Shown one piece after another: positions 13,656-27,380 of a DNA stretch of 64,000 nt. The DNA lies in assembly GCA_964016885.1 (NCBI GenBank), contig OZ024742.1, positions 208,878,001-208,942,000 of the forward strand, read 5' to 3'. The notes under the pieces are model-generated. The model searched no databases, had not been told where the DNA came from, and saw only the letters and a program-made list of their open reading frames with translations. The position numbers and the translations under genes were made by a program. This DNA comes from Eledone cirrhosa (taxonomy: Eukaryota). Every line of letters starts with the position of its first letter. The stretch's first letter is position 1.

Positions 13656-14872
13656 ATTATTATTAAAGGACTTGAACATCTGAAACTACTTCACTTTTCC
13701 TTATTCGATATTTACTCCGTCACTCCTATGTGGAAAAAGTACGTTGAGTGCTTGAATTGAATTGCATCAATGTTTACCCTAATAATTTAGCTCCAATTAG
13801 TTGAGCGCTCTATGATGTAACCGATATGGTGGAGAAGAGAGGAACCAACCAAGAGCTACCCCGGAAATTCCCTCTACCATGGGGATGAAAACCCCTGACA
13901 CTGGACGGGCGTAATAGTAACTTTCGGCAGGATAAATACGCGGAAACAAAAATAAGATAAACCCCTATTTTCCTGCACCAAATCGCATTTGAACAGAAGC
14001 CCTCTCAATTCAATCTATACATGGACAGATGGACAATTATATGGATCATTTTGCATATATGTACTCTGTGTTTTTGCATTTATTCACTATTGGTTCTCTT
14101 CTTTTCTTTTATTTTGTGTACTTTATGTCTGTTTTTCTTTGATTTTGTTCCATGTGATGGAAATTATGACTGTACCAGATTGACTAATGCCTTGAACCCT
14201 GTAGTCTGCCCTCCGTTATAATGTACGGCACTGTCGTTCAATATGTGGATAGAGTAACTGTGACACTAGAATCCCTCTCAGAACTTATTACTTAAACATC
14301 TCTCTCCATATTATTTACTCACTTCAATCTATATTTTTACTCACCTCAATCCGAATTATCACTTGAAAATTTTTTTAATTTTTAATTGTTTAATTTATAA
14401 TCTCTGATATTTGATTTAGGATTTTAATTTTTAATTTTTATTTCCAAATCTCACTCTTAACTTCCAATGTAAAACCATGGTACTTAGAATTAAGTTTATT
14501 TTCCCTTATGAGTTGATGGTCAGTCTTGCTGTCAACGCTTAGTGAAAGGTAGTATTATGACCTATAAAACCTAACACCCTCCCATCCCCTCTGGCTTTCG
14601 GCTGACTGCCACAGTCGTGATGGGTAGCAGTAAACATGGGTAGGGCATAGGTGGGCCATTGTTTTGGCTGAGAGGGTGAACTGACAGCGAATTTCGTTGA
14701 AATCTGCGGTGGCTAATGGTCAACTTTCTTCGGACATGCGCTTGCGCAGACCGGTGGGAGTGAATTGGTACTCACAAGGGAACGGATGAAAAACCCAAAA
14801 GCACGAACTTCATCCGTTCCCATGTCGATTCAATTTGAATTGCCTCGGAAACATAACCTTATTATGTAACAA

Positions 14873-14946
14873 GCTGTCTGATGATGACACGATACTCGCA
14901 CACAGAACAGTGTGGCCAGTGTCTTCATTGAAATATATATCACAGC
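14873..14946 (+). ncRNA. Type I hammerhead ribozyme
   Basis: Inverted copy of 12302-12375: gctgt-CTGATGA..GAAA-tatat-ATC-acagc. Confidence 0.8.
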
Positions 14947-14993
14947 ATTATTATTAAAGGACTTGAACATCTGAAACTACTTCGCTTTTCCTT

Positions 14994-15031
<38 letters not shown>

Positions 15032-15070
15032 TATATTCGTGTACATATCTTCAACAGTAATACTATACTA

Positions 15071-15210
15071 TCTATATATATAAAACTGAGGATGTTTGTC
15101 TGTGTGCGAGTTTGAATCCCTAAAATTCGAGAACCACCCAACCGACTGTTTTCAAACTTTACACATGTAATACTTATGTTTCAGGGAGTTTTTAGGGGAA
15201 TTTTGAAGCG
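15071..15210 (+). mobile_element. Possible Helitron-like 5' end
   Basis: tctatatatataaaactgaggatgtttgtctgtgtg..caaccgact..caaactttacaca resembles Helitron-N 5' ends. Confidence 0.4.
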
Positions 15211-16136
15211 TTACATCAGAACGATTTCCTTGAAATTGTAACTATGTATTAGTCAGTCTCTTCTTCACACCGTGAGCAAAGAAAATCTAACTTTCCTATG
15301 GCCTAGGGCCGGCATTAGGTGAAAAACTTCATTTTTTCAGCTTCTAAGGGCTTTTTTGAGGCGTTACGTCTAGCCGATTTTCCCCACATTTCAAAGCGTA
15401 TTATGCACATAAAAGAATTCATTTTCTTGATCCCCTAGGGCCCGCATTATGGGAAAACCTGCATTTTTCCTGCTTCATCGAGGAAAATCTTAAAGATTAT
15501 CCAGCCATCAGAGTATTCAGTTTATTTTCTTTACATATTGTTCACACATGCAGTTTTTCCATGATTAGGTCTGTTGGCGGCCCGCGTTCCAAAATACCTT
15601 ATCCTGTCGTTTATAGTCAATAAGTGGTTGTTTGTTAAATGTAAATTCCTCCGAATTACTGACCATGTTGTTATTGTAGGTACATTATGTTATGCATTTT
15701 TTATCTGTAAATTATCTTTTCTAAGGTTTGTATTAACCATTATTAAGCTGTTGGTAAACCGTTAGGTTACTTAATTTTATAAGTTTACACAGGAAGTTGT
15801 AAAGGGGGTTAATAACAAAGAAGGTAATTAATGTTGTTCATAAAATAAGGGTTGTTATAATATTGTGGTAGTGATATAAATTAATCTATATAGAGTATAT
15901 AACATATAAAATATTCTTCGTTATATAATTGCTATCTTTTAAACTTGTGTGTGTGTTGTTTGGGGTTAAAAACGTTTTTTTAATTTAGTTTATTATAACT
16001 AGATAGATTTTACATAGTTAGTATATGCATGTATAATGTAAAGCATATACATGTGTGACGATGTATAAACATATATACACACACACTCACATCTGAACAC
16101 ACACACTTATACACACATATACACACATACATATAC

Positions 16137-16167
<31 letters not shown>

Positions 16168-16202
16168 TATACACATACATACATACATACATACACATAC
16201 AC

Positions 16203-16236
<34 letters not shown>

Positions 16237-16237
16237 G

Positions 16238-16303
<66 letters not shown>

Positions 16304-16344
16304 GGTAACATAAATCAATTGCATGAACTCATAATCCTTTATTG

Positions 16345-16400
16345 ACTGCTATATATATTTTAATGATAGCCATTGAATGGCTATGACCTCATCAGGCAGT
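16345..16400 (-). ncRNA. Degenerate hammerhead ribozyme
   Basis: actgc-CTGATGA-..atagcca ttcaa tggctat..-AAAA(for GAAA)-tatat-ATA-gcagt. Confidence 0.65.
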
Positions 16401-17064
16401 TAGTCAGTTCTTAGATATGCCAGCTCTGTGTTTATGGTGTTGATGGTATCAGAGCCTTGGGACATAGGAGCTTGTTAGGAATAATTTAATGTTGTCAGCA
16501 GGAATAATCTTAATTCTCATTGGTCAGTTTGTAGATGCTAGTAGGGTTGGTATTTGACTTCAAAGATGCAGGTGGTGTTGTAAAGTTCAAACCGTCAGGC
16601 AAGATGACAATAGTTCCATATGACTGATTTTCACAAAAAACATTCCTGGTCAGATATATATTCAATTGAGGTTTATAGTATGAAATCCGATACTACAGTT
16701 CATTCTTAAATTGAGGAATTTATGTGGGGTGGTACTACTGAAAATTATGATTAGAGTAGAATACTAGAAAATTTACATATAAAAAGACTTGCACATACAC
16801 TCACGCCCACCCCCACAGACACACACACACACATCCACACATACAAATTGAGGAATGTATGTGGGGTGGTAATACTGAAAATTATGGTTAGAGTCAAATA
16901 CTTAGAAAGTTTAAACATTTTAGAAATAAAAAGACTTATGTTAGTTGACTTGTACATACACTCACACCTACCCTCTCAGACACACACACACATCTACACA
17001 CACATATCCATACAGTTGTGTGTATATATATATATATGTACGCACAAGTGCATATATATATACA

Positions 17065-18545
17065 ACAGAGGCCCCCAAATCCAAGTATAAGGCAGATATA
17101 AAACTAGGTAGGTGTTATTTTTAAAGAAAAGTACAGTGGGTGTTTGGAAAAGTTATTGTTTAGACTAGACAAAAGTAGAGTGTGATATATTTCTTCACGG
17201 CAATAGCTTTGGGGCTTTGGAGCTTAGGCGAATCCCTTAGTACAGACATATATACCTACCGACACTTTTATACCTCTGGATGCGCGTGTATGTCTATATA
17301 GACATGTGTACTCATACAAGAAAGTATATACAAATATACTCTTAAGCATACACTCGAACATTTTTCAAATGCAACCTGGGGTATTAGTATTTCGTTGCGT
17401 TCACATGACTGTGTACATTCACGTAATCCGAGTATACACACACAATGCTGGGTTGCGGGCACTCATTCATGCGTATAGTGTTAGTACCAAGGGATAATTG
17501 TTCTTCCTGTGTGGGCCACTCCCTGCGGGGTTCCTCAGATTCAATAAACGTGGTTTGTTGACTCCCAACCTGTAGAGGATCCGGTGGCCACTCCACCGTA
17601 GGGACTACAAACTATGGGTACTTGTTGTTGTCCATTGGTCATTGGTACGGGGGGTAGTTGACCTACAAGGGGAGGGGAGGCTTGTGGGAGGCCATAACCG
17701 GGGTTTATAGCTTGACGAAGGTTCCCGTCCTTAGGTGTCTGCAGGCGCCGAATAAGTCGCCCCTTCTGTTTAATAGCTTGGTTCCGCCATGAAGTATCTC
17801 GCGTGTCTCACTAAAACAGAGGTTGCAAATACCTGACCCGCCTCTGTCTGGGGGAACCTTTCTAACAACGGACCATACCAGAGAGTGCGGGGCTTTTCAA
17901 GTTTGAGCTTCCAGATCAATTCAGAAAGGGACGTACATTTCCTCTTTTCTTTTCTGTTAAAGGAATGGCCATGGTTATACCACCTACATTTGAAGCTCGT
18001 CGCCGTGGATCCTATGTAGTGGTGCTCCGAGTTAGGGGTTGTGACCTTGCACATATAGACTACGTTTTTCGTCATGCATTCATTACTAAGGTGGCATAGT
18101 GAGGGGTCTCTGCAATTGCATGACTTCTTAAGCCCCAGCATATGTACCGCGTGGTTACCATCACTCGGGGTTGGCTGGGTAGCCGCCGCAATCAGCACAG
18201 GGTCGTTGGGTTCCGGTGTGCTAGTTGGGCCTGTCGGGGTCTGGTGCGTCTCGCGTGCTCGTTCCGTTGTGTGGCTCCGTGGTTTACGGTGGTATTAGAG
18301 GCAGTGAGCCTATTCCTATTTATGCCGGCTATGTGCTGGGCTACGGTACGTGTGGTTGAGTAGGAAGGTTTTACCGTGTGTCTGTTGAATATTTTATGGT
18401 ACTTGTGGGCCCTAGGGAAACATTTATCCAGTACTCTAAAGAATGTTCTAGCCAGGCTGGTACGTAGACCCACCGAGTACGGGGGGTTATACCATGAGAC
18501 CTTCCTGGTCCTATTCTTGCGGGGTTGTTGGGTGTCCACCGTGGT
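17065..18545 (-). mobile_element. 5'-truncated PLE (linker + GIY-YIG + 3' region)
   Basis: ORFs 18192-18581 (WYNPPYS..KCFP..HKIFNRHTVK) and 17770-18198 (CNCRDPSLCHLSNEC..VVYMC..YIGST..FK.RWYNH..LSELIWKLK). Confidence 0.9.
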
Positions 18546-18899
18546 CCATATATATATATACATATATATACACGCAAACATACTGATTGTGTAGAGATAG
18601 TTGAAGTTTCTTATGACAGGATAGTGAGTTGCATAATATATACTGGAGTAATTGGAGTTATATACACAGTTGTCTGCTATTTAGTTAGTGCTGTATATTG
18701 GGAATTTATTAGGGTGTCTATATTATTCTAATCTTTTCACTGTATAATGTAATAGATCAAACTGGTGTTTATTGACTGTATGTAGGTTAGTGTGGTCTTT
18801 TACTTAAGGTGTAGTCCTATTCATGAAGGTCTAGTTGGATAGATGAAGGTCTAGTTGGATAAATGAAGGTCTCATTGGACAAATTACAAGGTGGTGGTC

Positions 18900-20890
18900 T
18901 AGTGTTATCTCCGACATTGGTCTTTTATTTTTATTATTATTAGTTGCTAGGTTTAAAGTAGTGGAACGAGAATCTATGGTAATGCGGACGCGTGTAGAAG
19001 ATCTCTGATTTCCTATTTAGTAGGCTAAGGTTAGAGTGAAGAATATTTTTAGACTCGAGGATGCAAAGCTTACAAAATTTGTTAGGTGGTTTATATGAAG
19101 AGTGAATAATATTTTTAGACTCGAGGATGCAAAAGTTACAAAATTTGTTAGGTGGTTTATATGAAGAGCCTTAGCTATCTCTTCCAATTTTAAGGTGTAT
19201 GGTATATTACTTGAGTTTAATGAGTGTATGTATGTGGATATTGAGGTTACGTTGCTAAGTTTAGGGTTTCTGAACGAATTAAGGTGTGAATTATATCTGG
19301 TCTTAAAGCTATTCGATGTAGAGCATATATATACTTTCGAGATGTGATTGGCGGTTACAGTACCGGAGTAGACAATGTCTTTAATTAGGCAGTTCTTATT
19401 TAATGGACATGTCTTGTTAGGCCTACAGTTACAATTGTTTTGTTTAATAGTAGACTGGTTAAGTATACTGGCGCATTTGAGTGGTTGTTTCTGTTTCTAC
19501 TTCTAGTGTAATGATTATGGTGAGTATTATTACTATTTGTATTATTAGTATGACTTGTTGTATCGTCTTGTACTGTGTTGTTGTTCAGGTTATTTTGATG
19601 CTGGACATTATTACTTTGGTGTAGTTTGAAGTACTTTCAATCTTTCGATTGGTAATCCCATTGTTGGTGCTGGCTATATGGTCTGCTATGTTAGGTGTGG
19701 TGGAGTAGGATATTTTAATTGTGTTTTTGTTAAATAGGTTGTGGTATTTGTGGTTAGTTGGGAAGTTTTTGTAAAGTTATGAGTAAAGAAGAAAGCTTTA
19801 GGTATGCTTGTTGATATATTTAAGTTGAACGGAGGGTTAAAAAATGTGATACTTCTTCTTTTATTCTTCCTATGGTTGTTATTCATACTACTGTTTAATG
19901 TGGTGTTAGGTTCCTTCATATCTATATTTTTCTTTCTGTGGTGGTTTTTAGGGTTATTGCTGTGGTGTAATTTAACTTTTTTTATGGCGCCCTTTGTACA
20001 GAGTCTGGATTTTCAATACTTCAATCATATTTACTTTTATTCATGGCCATGTTGTGTGAAATTATATTAGGTTGTCTATGGGTGGTTGGCGATTTAGGTT
20101 TAAATTTAATTTTATCTCTATGGCCGGAACGGGCTAATGCTTCATTATAGTATTGGGAGTTACGATTAAATGTATTCTCGTTGTAAGTAAGGCTAGAGAT
20201 TCTATTGGATACCCCTTTAATGAGGAAGTCAGTGCAGATTTAGGGTGGTTAGAGTTGGTATTAACATAGAAAAGTTTTTCATTAGGTTTATGGTCTAAGT
20301 AGAGAGTGACGTCCAGGAAGTTAACATTTTTGGTGTTTTTATCTAAAGTGATACCTAAGTTATATATTTTATATATTTTATGTAATTGTTTCCTAGTTCT
20401 TTCTATATTGAATTTTTTATAGTCTAAGAAGAAGAGTGCGTCGTCTCGATAGAGACCACCGTTGAGGTAAGGTAGGTTCTTGTGTATTTCGTTTAAGAGA
20501 AATAGACCGACTAAGTCGGTTACCTGTGCTGTGTCACTAGATCCCATGGTGATATCGAAGTTGTTGGGTGTATTCTTGCGGGTCCATAATTGGTCTTCGA
20601 ATTTAATTATTGTTTTCCTGGCCGCTAGAATTATATCTAATGCTTTATTTAGAAGGATAGGTGAGATAGAAGTGTAGTAGGAATTAATATCAAATTGGTT
20701 GAATATCTAATTATTATTTTCATTAAACCATTCGATTACTTCACTAGTGTTTCCCCAGAGGTTAAAATGGATTTTTTGTTTAATTTGTGGATTATTTAAC
20801 TAAGATTTTTTTTTACTAATGATGCCAATCTCGGATCTGGATGGGCAGATAAGTCTAATTGATGGGTTAGTATTGAAGTCGTCCTGCTGG
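18900..20890 (-). mobile_element. Degenerate PLE RT + endonuclease
   Basis: MGSSDTAQVTDLVG..GLYRDD..NFLDVTL..SNHP (20134-20547), FFNPPF (19686-19919), CNCRPNKTCPL (~19400); ~68-bp tandem duplication ~19040-19170. Confidence 0.9.
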
Positions 20891-22434
20891 TTTATATAGT
20901 TTTTTCGTCTGTGTAAATGAAGTGATTACTCTCATTTGTATATGGAGCTGTATATGTTGTCTCAAATTATAAAAGAATTGAAATAGAATTAAGCTTTGAA
21001 CATAGCTTTATACAAATATGTATTTGAATTTCATAATTCTAAAGAAATACGGTATGTTTATAAATACACATTTAGGAAGAGTAAAGGGTAAAGAGTAAAG
21101 ACGCTCTTCGGTCACGAATGACCATGAAATTGGCACCTAGAGAGTTCGCCTCATATCAATATGTGTGGATGTTTATGTATGTGTATATGTGTGTATATGT
21201 GTGTATATGTGTTTGTGTCCGTGTATGTTTGGCTTCGAATAAAACAACAATATTACTCAATCACTAATATTTTCTCATAAAATAAATACAATAGATATAT
21301 CTAAGTATTATTCTGACTCATCAGAGATGTGTGACGTTCATATAAATTTTACAAATACATAATAATTTTCGTTACCGACATATGTGCAGAAACTGTGATT
21401 CCTGATAGTATGTTATAATATGAATGATTGCTCACATTACTTTATTTACAAAGCTCTTCCTTTTTATTTATGGCACTATGTGTTTCCATTTAAATAAAAC
21501 TGCATTCAATTATCTATGTATTTATGAGCCGTATTTCTTAAGTCATAAAATCAAACTCTTTTATTAGAGAGTATTTCTCCATGCAGTTTTATTTTTGAAA
21601 TTCTTGTTATTTATGAGTTGATAACGTTTTATTCATGAAGCAATATCGTTTTATTTATGAGACTTGTATTATTGCGAAATTCTATATCTTTATCCATGCT
21701 ACTACATTCATTTGTCGCTCATGTGACAATATAATGTTATGCTTTGGCCAATGTAGATATTATATTTCCAATGCAGTTTCTTTATCTTGTCAGGATCTTT
21801 TTTTTATTACGATTTATTATTGTTATATGTTGCATCTATATTCTAATTCCGTATGGAAGAAATACTTAAATACCCAATTAAAAATCGAACAAAATAAATT
21901 CTAGATACAATCAAGAATTTCAGTAAAGGTAGCACGAAATTTATTTCAATTAATTTTTATTTGAGTACATTTTGCTGATGTTTCCCAATTACTCTACCTG
22001 TTTCTTCTATGCTCTTACTTTCTGAATGTTGTAGGCCCGATCGAGCAAAGATATATGTTTAAATGGGTCCATGTCATAGCCACATCTTATTTTATCCAGA
22101 CAAAATATAGAATTGTATTCTTCAATGGGACTGTGATACATGTGGGATTTATAGGTATTTATCGAATGTTGATCAACAAGATAGAGGTTACGATTTAGGT
22201 TGGTGTAAGTCTGGTGTTTTTAAATTAAATTTTATCTAGTATATTGCTTGGCTTTTATTCCTAGCAAAATGGGTCGAATCCTGAAATTGATTACATTCTT
22301 TCTTTATTCTAAGTTTAAATGCATTAAGTCACCCATCGTCAACAGTTACTAATGTATTCAAACAAATGAAGCACACGAATATATTTGTAGTTATATACAT
22401 ATATAGTAAGTTATAATTATTACTTTGCGGTTAA

Positions 22435-22845
22435 AGGCGATAGATTAACAGTATCGGATAATCGTCGGATAACTTTACGGCATATAGTTATAATTCCTAA
22501 CGATCTGAGTTCAAATCCCGCCGAGGTTAGTTTTCCGTTCATCCTTACGGGGTCGATAAAATAAAGTACCAGTAACGCACTATTGTAGATTTAATCGAAT
22601 TCACACTTCCCCTTCAGATTGCTGCCCTTGTGCCAAATGTAGAAACAATTGTTACTCAGTGGTTAAAATCGATTTCTCCCACGCTTATTTATTGGTATTG
22701 TGCCTATATCAGAAATCATTATTATTACTTAGTGATCCCGCCGACGGATCCAGCCTTTCATCCTTATGGGGTTGATAAAATAAAGCACCATTAATGTACT
22801 GGGAATTGCTGGCCTCGTGTCAAATGTAGAAACAATTATTATTAC
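22435..22845 (+). mobile_element. Two tandem SINE copies
   Basis: SINE core at ~22500-22650 and ~22735-22845. Confidence 0.8.
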
Positions 22846-22946
22846 TTAATGATAGAAATATTCATTATCTTCTTTGATTTTGGTTAGTTCAACCGTCTTT
22901 AGTTGTTTAATCGTCATAGTAATGACGATAGTAATGAATTATTAGA

Positions 22947-23034
22947 TCTTCTTCTTCTTCTTCTTCTTCTTCTTCTTCTTCTTCTTCTTCTTTTTTTTCT
23001 TTTGCTTCTTCTTCTTCTTCTTCTTCTTCTTCCT
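22947..23034. repeat. (CTT)n microsatellite
   Basis: Directly visible. Confidence 0.95.
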
Positions 23035-23344
23035 CGGGAGTTTATCATTAAAAGAATTCTATTCAAACAATTCTGTACTTTCAAATTTGTCTAAGGCTAA
23101 ATTTACTGACCAACCAATTTTCCATGATGGTATTGTGTGGTTTGATAGAGATTTATCTGAGTTTTCTAACTGATCGTGTGACCACATATATCATCACTGT
23201 TTTTCTGGAAGCTATTGATGTTCGTGCTTCACTTACATAAACCATCTCTATATAAGCTAATGCAGGATACTCTCTGCGCTCTTTTAGATGGCTGCGACTA
23301 CCCACCAAAAATGCGATCAAATAAATGAAATATATATGAAAAAG

Positions 23345-23500
23345 AGGCGATTAAGAGGTTGAGTCATTAGAACGTGGGATAGAAGGCTTTGCAGTAGTCG
23401 TTCCGAATCTCTGCTCTCTGCGTTCAAATCCCGCTGATGTCAACTTTGCCTTTCATCATTTAAAGTCGGTAACAAATGTACCGTACTGGGATCGATTCTT
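23345..23500 (+). mobile_element. Diverged SINE
   Basis: gttcaaatcccgc..caactttgcctttcatc core. Confidence 0.65.
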
Positions 23501-24192
23501 CATCTATATCTCTTCCTAACTTCCTTTCTCTCACTCTATCCTTATCTGGAAGAAATCCGCCGTATTCAGCTCTGGAGAGGAGATGGCTTCCGCCATGTTT
23601 TAAAATGCCCTAGAAACACAATATATCAATATAGTAACCCCCCCCCCAACGACTCCATCAGGAGTTACGAGTCCATAGATACATCAATTCTCTTACACTC
23701 TTGCTTTTACAAACAAACTACTCTTACATCACCATTCTCAGCAATTATCTATCCAGTAAAGGCTAACGCAAGCTGGTGCCACTTTGTTCTATCCTTTGCT
23801 ACTTCGATCTATTCCGTTCATCTGTTGCTATTTGTCTGGGATACATTCAATGTCTACCATCAATGTCTGCCATCAAGTTTTATGATAGCATTTACTTTAG
23901 TCTGCTATGTTATCTTTTGACAATATTTTATATACTTTTTTTGTAATTTCTAACATTCATCTTCCATATTTCTTTATGTTATTCTAAGCTTCGGTTGTGT
24001 GCATGTTTTGCTCACATTTCCTATCCCATTAGTAGTAGTAGTAGTAGTAGTAGTAGTTACGATTATTTTTCTTTTTAGTATTACAGAATTTTGAAGTAAA
24101 CTACACTCGGTTTTCCCTTCATAATTCCTTAACCATTATCTTTTCTGAATCACTGCTAAAAGAGTTTCTTATTACCTCTCTTTGACATCTAC

Positions 24193-24299
<107 letters not shown>

Positions 24300-25738
24300 G
24301 GAGAGAGAGAGAGAGAGAGAGGCGGAGAAATGAGCTAGTGCAAGTCGGACTTAGCGCTAGATAAAGAATTACTAACAGAGCGTAAAACCAGACTTTGGAC
24401 GCCATTAGCTTCTTCGACGCAGTTTCTTTCCCGGCATCTCTCCAATGAGAGCCGCAGATGAAATCTGATGAGCACTGCTATGCCGCAGTTTCACGTATTT
24501 CTTCCAGTATTGCTTTTGCTACTGTGGTTACTGCCGTTATTTTTCTATCTCATGTGTGACCAAGTACCCACATAAAATAAAAATAATCTGACTTATTTTT
24601 ACCTCCGTAGAAGCAAGCACTATCAAAGTCGCTAGTAATAGGCGTTTCAAATCCAATCTAGGGTCACTCTTATTAAACGGGTCAAATGTTTTCCTCATTC
24701 AGCGTCACCTGACATGATATGGGGCTACCTTCGATGAATTTATTGATAATATTGCTGGATTGATCATGTTCAGAAGCAATTACACGTAACAAATAATAAC
24801 TACCACGCGTAACAGTCTATGCATGAAATATGAAAGCAATATTCACTTAAATAACAAAACGCATTAGAAGGAAATTTTACTCTCTTCCCATTTTCAATTA
24901 AACTAGAGATATCAAGTTGCTTATATTCCAATATGTGCTAGATATATCTTTAGTACCGTATATATTTAAGTTTTATTCGTCTTTCCTATTTATTTTCTTT
25001 TACTTTTTATTTACCAATTTCTGTGCCGCTCATATAGTTCTCTATGGAGTGATTTCCTAATGTTTTTATCCTTATTTTACTGATTCATATTTCAATAATC
25101 TTTAATCTTATGGAAGGTATATATGTTCTGATTATTTCGGGATGGGCGGGGGAGGCTATGTTTTTTTCTTTCTCAACTCTTATCTTCTATTCGTTTAGCC
25201 AAAAAAATACCAGAAAATGCCTGATGTTTATAAATATTCGTCAAATAAGTAGTTGGGAATATGAGGCATTGGCCCATATTTCTCTTCAAGTGAATCAAAA
25301 TGTATTTCGCCTATTTTTCTGAAGGAGGAATTCGTGTTTCATCTTATGTCTTCCCTCATTGCAAGATCAGTTTGTAACGTCATAGTTTAATAAGAGAGAT
25401 TCCACGATATCTAATCGTTCAGGTAAATTTGGAGGACTACATCTAGGTAAATAAATATAGGTGGATAAATTGGATATCAAATATGCAGAATAGAGGAAAA
25501 CAATAACATAACAATTATTCTCCACCCCCATAGCAAAATGTTTAATCAGGTGTCCACGATTCCCTGCCATTCCTATGGTAATTTACAACCACTACTAAGC
25601 CTTTAAGGCCCCATTGTCTATTGAATCCAAAATAAGCATAACATCTAATACGGAAATATACAAAACGAAAAAAACCGTAACAGAAACGATCAAACTAAAA
25701 CATAGTCGTACTTTCAATTGCTCTCCATTTATAAACAT

Positions 25739-25779
<41 letters not shown>

Positions 25780-25796
25780 ATATATATAATGTTATC

Positions 25797-26685
25797 TGAG
25801 TTTTTCAAATAGTAATAATATTCGATTCGTTTGCAATTATGCAAACAACCTCTTTTTTAAAACTATGTTAGTAGAATGAACCCCTCATTCTTGCTCTTGT
25901 GTTGGCATATAAACAGAACTGCAGACACTAATGTTTATGAGTATCAACCTCCATCAGTACTGTTCACCTGCCAACTATCAGAGCTAGTGAATATATATAT
26001 TTTCTAAAATAAACAGTGACTGATCGGCAGAATTGCATATCAGCAGACTGGCTGATTATTCAGATTTGCATATTAGCAGATCCACTGATCAGCAAGATTT
26101 GCATATCAGCAGACTGGCTGATTATTCAGATCTGCATATTAGCAGATCCACTGATCAGCAAGATTTGCATATTAGCACACAGGTCAGTCAGTTTCCTGTA
26201 TACGAGCGATTAATGGCCGGCTTTGCCATATTCAAATAAATGAGTTTTTCAGATATTAATAATAATTTTCGATTCGTTTGCAATTATGCAAACATCCTCT
26301 TTTTTAAAGCCATGTCAGTAGAAAACTCAGATTACCTTTATTGTATTCAGTCTTGTAGAGCGATACATTTTGTTCTATTTAATTTCTTTTATTTGAATAT
26401 GGCAAAGCCAGCCATTAATCGCCAATATGCAAATATGCAAATCAGGCCGATCAGGCCGATAAAAAATATCATATATTTTCACTAGCTCTGACAGTTGGCC
26501 GGTAAACAGTGAGCTGTACTGATGAAGGGTGATACCCAGAAACATTGGTGTCTGCCGTTCTGTTTATATGCCAACACAAGAGCAAGAATGAACTTGTTCA
26601 TTCTACTGACATGGCTTTAAAAATGAGGATTGTTTGCATAATTGCAACAGAATCGAATATTATTATTAATATTTGATAAACGCAG
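25797..26685. mobile_element. Fold-back pLTR cassette with internal duplications
   Basis: Arms ~25797-25998 / ~26472-26685; internal direct copy ~26241-26325; 66-bp tandem unit ~26033-26175. Confidence 0.8.
26513..26557 (+). ncRNA. Type I hammerhead ribozyme (minimal)
   Basis: gta-CTGATGA-agggt gat accca-GAAA-ca ttgg t-GTC-tgc; decayed inverted copy ~25921-25960. Confidence 0.75.
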
Positions 26686-27380
26686 TTTACATTTATAATA
26701 TTCAGCCATGTAGAGTGAATATTTTTTATTTATTATATATATGTATTTTTATATATATATGTATATGTGTGTTAAAGGATGTGTGTGTACTCCAAGTAAT
26801 TGTATGCTACATCGAGTGATATAGTAAAATTTATTTATTTCATGGGGATCCTACGTTGGCCGGGCGTCAAGCAGTAATTCCATGGCTAGTTGGAATTGCA
26901 GGTCTATACGGCTGGCAGCAGTTTATCTACAGAATCTACCGGAAGGAAGTCAGTGATTGAAATCAATCCGTCTTATGATATATAGATCAGCCATTTAATG
27001 TGTTTGTGAGGCAGTGTGTAAAATCTACTATGGAGGTATTTAAAGAGGAAATATCTCTGAAGACGCCGACATAATACACCACGCTATACAATCATATTTA
27101 CTAGTCGTTTGTTGTATAATATTTTTCTAGATTCAGTCATATATTAAGAACATGCTGGAGCATCAACTTGATTTAATTGATCATATCGACCTCAGTACTT
27201 ATCGTATCGATTTCTTTTCTGTCAAACCACTAATTTACGTAGCTCAATCGTAAAAGCGGACATAACAGGGCACACACACACAATAACACATACACACAGA
27301 CACGCACATTCAAACACACACATGCATGCACACGCAAACACAAATACACACACACACACACTCACACGCATATATATATA

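Larger units (their letters stand above)
12175..14996. mobile_element. ORF-less HHR element ('family J') in tandem + inverted arrangement
   Basis: Near-identical inverted arms ~12250-13358 / ~13885-14996; direct repeat of HHR 3' half and flank at 13432-13710 vs 14918-14996; (TA)n on both sides. Confidence 0.88.

Noticed and set aside
13022-14221. Paired 64-66 aa ORFs on both strands (toxin-like hydrophobic peptides)
   Set aside because: Simple consequence of the inverted duplication; T-rich composition, no recognisable motif
17180-17247. HHR-like trace in PLE 3' region (minus)
   Set aside because: GAAA-tat-ATC and stem II present but 5' core reads CTAAGGGA; too decayed to call
21255-21330. 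CTGATGA..GAAA on minus strand
   Set aside because: Stems I and III do not form convincingly
24410-24500. CTGATGAG (+) and GAAActgcGTC (-)
   Set aside because: The two half-motifs are on opposite strands; no complete core
26016-26239. Repetitive ORFs / CRISPR-like look
   Set aside because: Tandem minisatellite without unique spacers; eukaryotic context
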